In this document: piece after piece, positions 59,935 through 64,000 of the stretch
How positions within the stretch are numbered: position 1 is the stretch's first letter
Layout: each line of letters starts with the position of its first letter
Origin: Vicugna vicugna
Taxonomy: Eukaryota
DNA: 64,000 nt
Assembly (NCBI GenBank): GCA_013265495.1
Contig: MU062958.1
Location: 1,860,402 to 1,924,401, forward strand
Direction of reading: 5' to 3'
Notes under the pieces: generated by a model
The model's input: only the letters and a program-made list of their open reading frames with translations
What the model was told of the DNA's origin: nothing
Databases searched by the model: none
Translations under genes and position numbers: made by a program

Positions 59935-62864
59935 AAACTAACTCTGAATGTCATTAGACAGAGCCCTCTCTCCAATTTACTAAATCCCTAATGCTGCCTG
60001 CAATGGACAAAAACAAACGTTTGTTCATTAATATTACCTGCCTGGCTCCCAAAAGCATTTACATTCGGAACTCGGGTAGAAGAACAGGCCTGTTCTGAGC
60101 AGGGCACATTCTATAACCTTCTAAAGAAGCAGGCCTCATTTCTAAATATAAACACGTGCCTTTGCCAAGGATGCCCGCAGCCCACACACTAGTTTTCTAG
60201 AAACACAGGGCAGCCAGACCGCTGTCAGGACCGGGGACTCTGGCTGGCCTGGGGTGGCCATGAGTGTGGTGGTGGGGACACTGTAAGCCTGGTGGCCTGT
60301 GGCCCAGAGACATAATTTCACTTCCACTGAGTCCCCATCGGTGGGCCCTGCCCGAGCCTGGGCCAACAGCCAGCATCCCTGGTCCCTCACTCTTTCCCCC
60401 AGCCCCACCTCTGCCCCAAACTGGACAGAAGGCCCAGGATGTAGGGTCCGCTTCCCAGTGGGAAAGGTTATGCAACAAGCCGATAGCATCGAATTACAAA
60501 CAACCAAGGTCTCCTAGAAGCCGAGGATGCCAAATTCAACACAATGTTTCCTCATCACCAAGGGGGAGGAAGGAACAGCTCTGCTCTTCAAATAAAACAA
60601 GAAAAGATTTTCCAGACAGAGGAGCAGTCAGTCAGGGGACAAACAAGGTGCTGGTTCTGTCCCGGATAGGAAGTAGGTCTGGAGTGGGGAAGGGAGGGAC
60701 GGCTGATCTGAGCAGGGCCTGCGCGGGGGCCGTGGGCTTGGGGTCGCCGGTCGACCCGCACCTCAGACCCTCTTTGTTTGCGAGAAGGCAAGGCCCTGTG
60801 CGCTGCCCCCGGCCCCAGGCTCAGTTTCTCCCCTGCCCTGCAGGGCGTGGCGCGGCCTCGCTCCCAGCACGGGGTGAAACGATGACTCCAGGAGACACTG
60901 CCTCATCCCATCAGCTGAGCAAAGCAGCTTGGCCAGGAAAGGAAAGAGAAGACAGGAGGGGGGCTCCGGGGGGCCCGGGGAACAGGGGAAGGCAGCACGT
61001 GGCCTGCCGTACTGGGCTGGCTGCGGGGAGAAAGAAGCAGGGCTCTGGGTACTGTTTGTCCTACTCTGTTGCGAAAACATTGACTGTCTTCTCTCTTTCA
61101 TCTATTCTGGAGACTGGCCTCCTTTACAGCAGGATGTGCAGGCATCCCACTGACAAGGAACCTGAGTGAAGAAGAGCAGGTGGTCCAGAGGGACCACCAG
61201 CCTCATGACCCGAGCCCCCAGCCATGTCCCTTCCACAAGGTGCTCTGCCTGGCTTGCCAGAGCCCCCCAGCAGCATTCTGAGCAGAGAGGAGGAAGAAAG
61301 CTATAAAACAGGGGACAGGAAACAGGTTTGGAAAATGAGGAAGGAAAAGTTCGCCTTTAGGATCTCCTGCAAAAAGAGAGTAGCGTTCGGCCCCTACCCC
61401 GCCACCACAAATTCAAGTGCTGTGTCCCACGGATACCACATCCAGCCACAACATTTATGCAAGGCCTTGCCCCCAAAAGGGTGTAATTTTGAGATGAATA
61501 AAATCCAGCTTCAGAGCAAAGTTTCCCAATCTAAAGACCAAAGCACTTATGAAGTTGTCCATGTTGTTTAAGTTGCCCGTGTACTCTGTAGGAAAATCTT
61601 TCTCAGGGCACTTCTTCCAATTCTCTTTGTGGGGACCCCCCAGTTTGTTTGGGTTAAAGTGAAGAAATGGAGTCTTAAGGGGTGAGGGGCAGGGGTTGAG
61701 GCCAAGCGCCAGGCTGAGTTCCCTCCGTGCGACGTCTCAGCTGGTCCTCCCCACCGGTCCCCCGAGATGGGTCTCCAGCGCCCCTCCGGAGGAGGAAGCC
61801 GTACTGGCAGAGGCAGGAGGCCACCAGGCACCAGTCCCCATGCTGAGTCGAGATTCAAGCCTCCAAAACCATCTTTCCACCTCTCCATTCTGCCTCCCAT
61901 CAATCTAGAAAGGTTCAGACAGGAACAGGGGCTAACCAGATTTTCCTTGACAACCACGGGGTCCAACTTGTAAGACAGGATGTTCCAACTGGTTGAGCAG
62001 TCAATCGGGTAGAACAAAATGTGAGAAACAACAATCCCTGTGTTAAGGAGTGAGCCGACAGTGGTCAAACCACGTGGCCCCCTCCATCACTGGCTGGCCT
62101 CAGGAAAGCCCTCCAACCTGCTTGGCCTCAGTTTCCACATTTGGACAACAAGGCAATTGGAATAAAGATGGGGCCTCCCACCCTGGCATTGTTTGACTGT
62201 GGGGACAATCCTGGAGAGTCTGTCCCTCATTTATTTTTCATCTTTGGCTCAGTAGAAATGAGTCTAGTACCTGCTCCTCTTCCTTCCCTCAGCCCCACGG
62301 ACGGTAGAGAGGTCCTTTAAAATGGAACAATGTGTCAGGAGCAGAGGGCAACGCAGAGCTGGTGTTTAAAGTGTATGGGGATTTCTTTTGGGGGTGATGA
62401 AGGCTTGGAGGGACCCAGCAGAGGCGACAGTGGCACAACACTGTGAACAGGCTGAATGCTACTGAATTGCACACTTTAGCTTTACACTCCATGAACCTCA
62501 CCACCACTTAAAAAAATCGAATGCCACTCTCTTATAAATCCTTCCACGATTCCACATTTCCTTAGAATCATGACTAAAAGAAAAGCCCTTCGAACGCTGG
62601 CCCCGGATTTCCCTGTCTCTCCACTCAGCCTGCTTCCATGAGCTCCAGATGCACAGACAGCTGGACAGCCCCTCCTCTCTCGTCTTCCCACTCTCGCCCG
62701 GGCCATGCCAAACCCCCTCTCCAGCAAATCCCGGGCAGTCTCCTACTCATTCTTCCAAACTCACACCACTCAGGGATGCCTTCCTGTTCCCCTCCCAGGT
62801 GGGCGAGAAGCCCTGGTGCTCCCCTCATGGAGTTCTTACCCTGCTTTATAATCACCTGCTTGCG

Positions 62865-63045
62865 TGTTTGCCCCACAGCACTTTCTGCAATGATGAAAAC
62901 ATGCTAACCAGTATGGTAGCCACGAGCCACACGTGGCTGCTGAGCCCTTGAAGTATGACTGGTGTGACTAAGGAACTGAGTTCTAATTTAATTTTTATAT
63001 AAATAACCATGTGTGGCTAGTGCGCGCTGTATCGGACAGCGTAGT
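62865..63045. mobile_element. MER3/MER33-like hAT MITE; a related copy at about 4130-4460
   Basis: actttctgcaatgatgaaa..tatggtagccacgagccacacgtggctgctgagc..gactaaggaactga. Confidence 0.7.
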
Positions 63046-63117
63046 TCAAATTTTAACCTGCATCCATATCGCCTAAAGGACTTGTCAAAACAGATTGCCA
63101 GGACTTAGCCCCAGAGT

Positions 63118-64000
63118 TTTTTTTTTATCCTTTCCAATTTTACTGAGTACAGTTGGCATCCAGCCCTGTATGAGTTTAAGGTATGCAGCATAATGGTATC
63201 ACCTACATACTTCATGAAATAATTATCACCGTAAGTTTTGTCAACATCCATCACCTCATAGAGACACAAAATGAAAGAAATAGAAACATTTTTTTTCCTT
63301 GTGATGAGAACTCTTCGGATTTACTCTCAGTAACTTTCGCATATAACATACAGCAGTGTTAATCATATTTAGCACGACGTACATCACATCCCTTGTACTT
63401 ATTTATCTTATAACTTGAAGTTGGTACCTTTTGACTGCCTTTATCCAGTTCCTCTTCACCCACTCCCACCTCTCACCTCTGGTAGCCACAAATCTGATCT
63501 CTTCCTTGAGTTTGTTTGCCTGTTTTTGAAGCGTAATTAGCCTGCAACACTATGTTAGCTCCTGGCGCATCACACAGTGATTCAGTATTTCTGTACATTT
63601 CAAAATGGCCACCACGGTAAGTCTAGTAACACCTGTCACCACACAGAGAGATTACATAATTATTGACTATATTCCCCACACTGTGCATTCCATACCTGTG
63701 ACTTACTTATTTTGTAGTAATTGGAATTTTTCACTTCTTAATCTCTCACTTATTTCTCTCCCTCCTCCACCACACCCCAACCCCTCCCCCAGCAACTACC
63801 TGTTTGTTCTCCGAATCTATGACTCTGTTTCTGTTTGGTTGTGTTTGTTCAGTTGTTTCCTTTTTCAGATTCCACACATAAGTGAGATCATACAGTATTT
63901 GTCTTTCCCTGACTTATTTCACTTAGCGTAATACCCTGTAGGTCCATCCGTGTTGCCGCAAATGGCAAGATTTCGTTCTTTTTTATGGCTGAGTAATATT
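63118..64000 (-). mobile_element. L1 3' region, antisense, running off the window
   Basis: Poly-T start; cagattccacacataagtgagatcatacagtatttgtctttc..gacttatttcacttagc..aaatggcaagatttc. Confidence 0.88.

Noticed and set aside
60264-61169. Longest ORF in the track (301 aa, + strand)
   Set aside because: GC-rich, Pro/Gly/Arg/Ser-biased translation with no recognisable domain or splice context; lies antisense within an ARSG intron; expected by chance in GC-rich DNA.

Overview
This is mammalian genomic DNA, most likely from a camelid (alpaca, llama or camel). That call rests on tRNA-derived Vic-type SINEs and artiodactyl L1/Tigger1a copies, and I saw no ruminant or pig SINEs. The window holds the complete 13-exon WIPI1 gene (ATG18/PROPPIN family) on the + strand. 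Its CDS runs 6435-37430, and the exons I spliced by hand sum to 1341 nt (446 aa) with all GT-AG junctions and the FRRG motif intact. Convergent with it are the last four coding exons of ARSG (arylsulfatase G) on the - strand (55677 down to the stop at 38647); upstream ARSG exons lie beyond the window. The rest is intron or intergenic DNA rich in L1, L2, MIR, MLT1 and DNA-transposon relics, with five N gaps that all fall inside repeats. I found no evidence of a new gene or a new multi-gene system, and the long ORFs in the supplied track are GC-rich or antisense artefacts. The best leads are regulatory. (1) A promoter-like CCAAT + GC-box + CLEAR (GTCACGTGA) module in WIPI1 intron 3. (2) A palindromic, bidirectional poly(A) signal shared by WIPI1 and ARSG. 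(3) Inverted Tigger1a copies bracketing the frame-preserving exon 8. (4) An NMD-immune read-through C-terminus at exon 12. (5) A cluster of four CACGTG E-boxes in an ARSG intron. (6) A 62-bp duplication that doubles an AP-1 site. Gene identities, human comparisons and repeat family names come from recall, not database searches.
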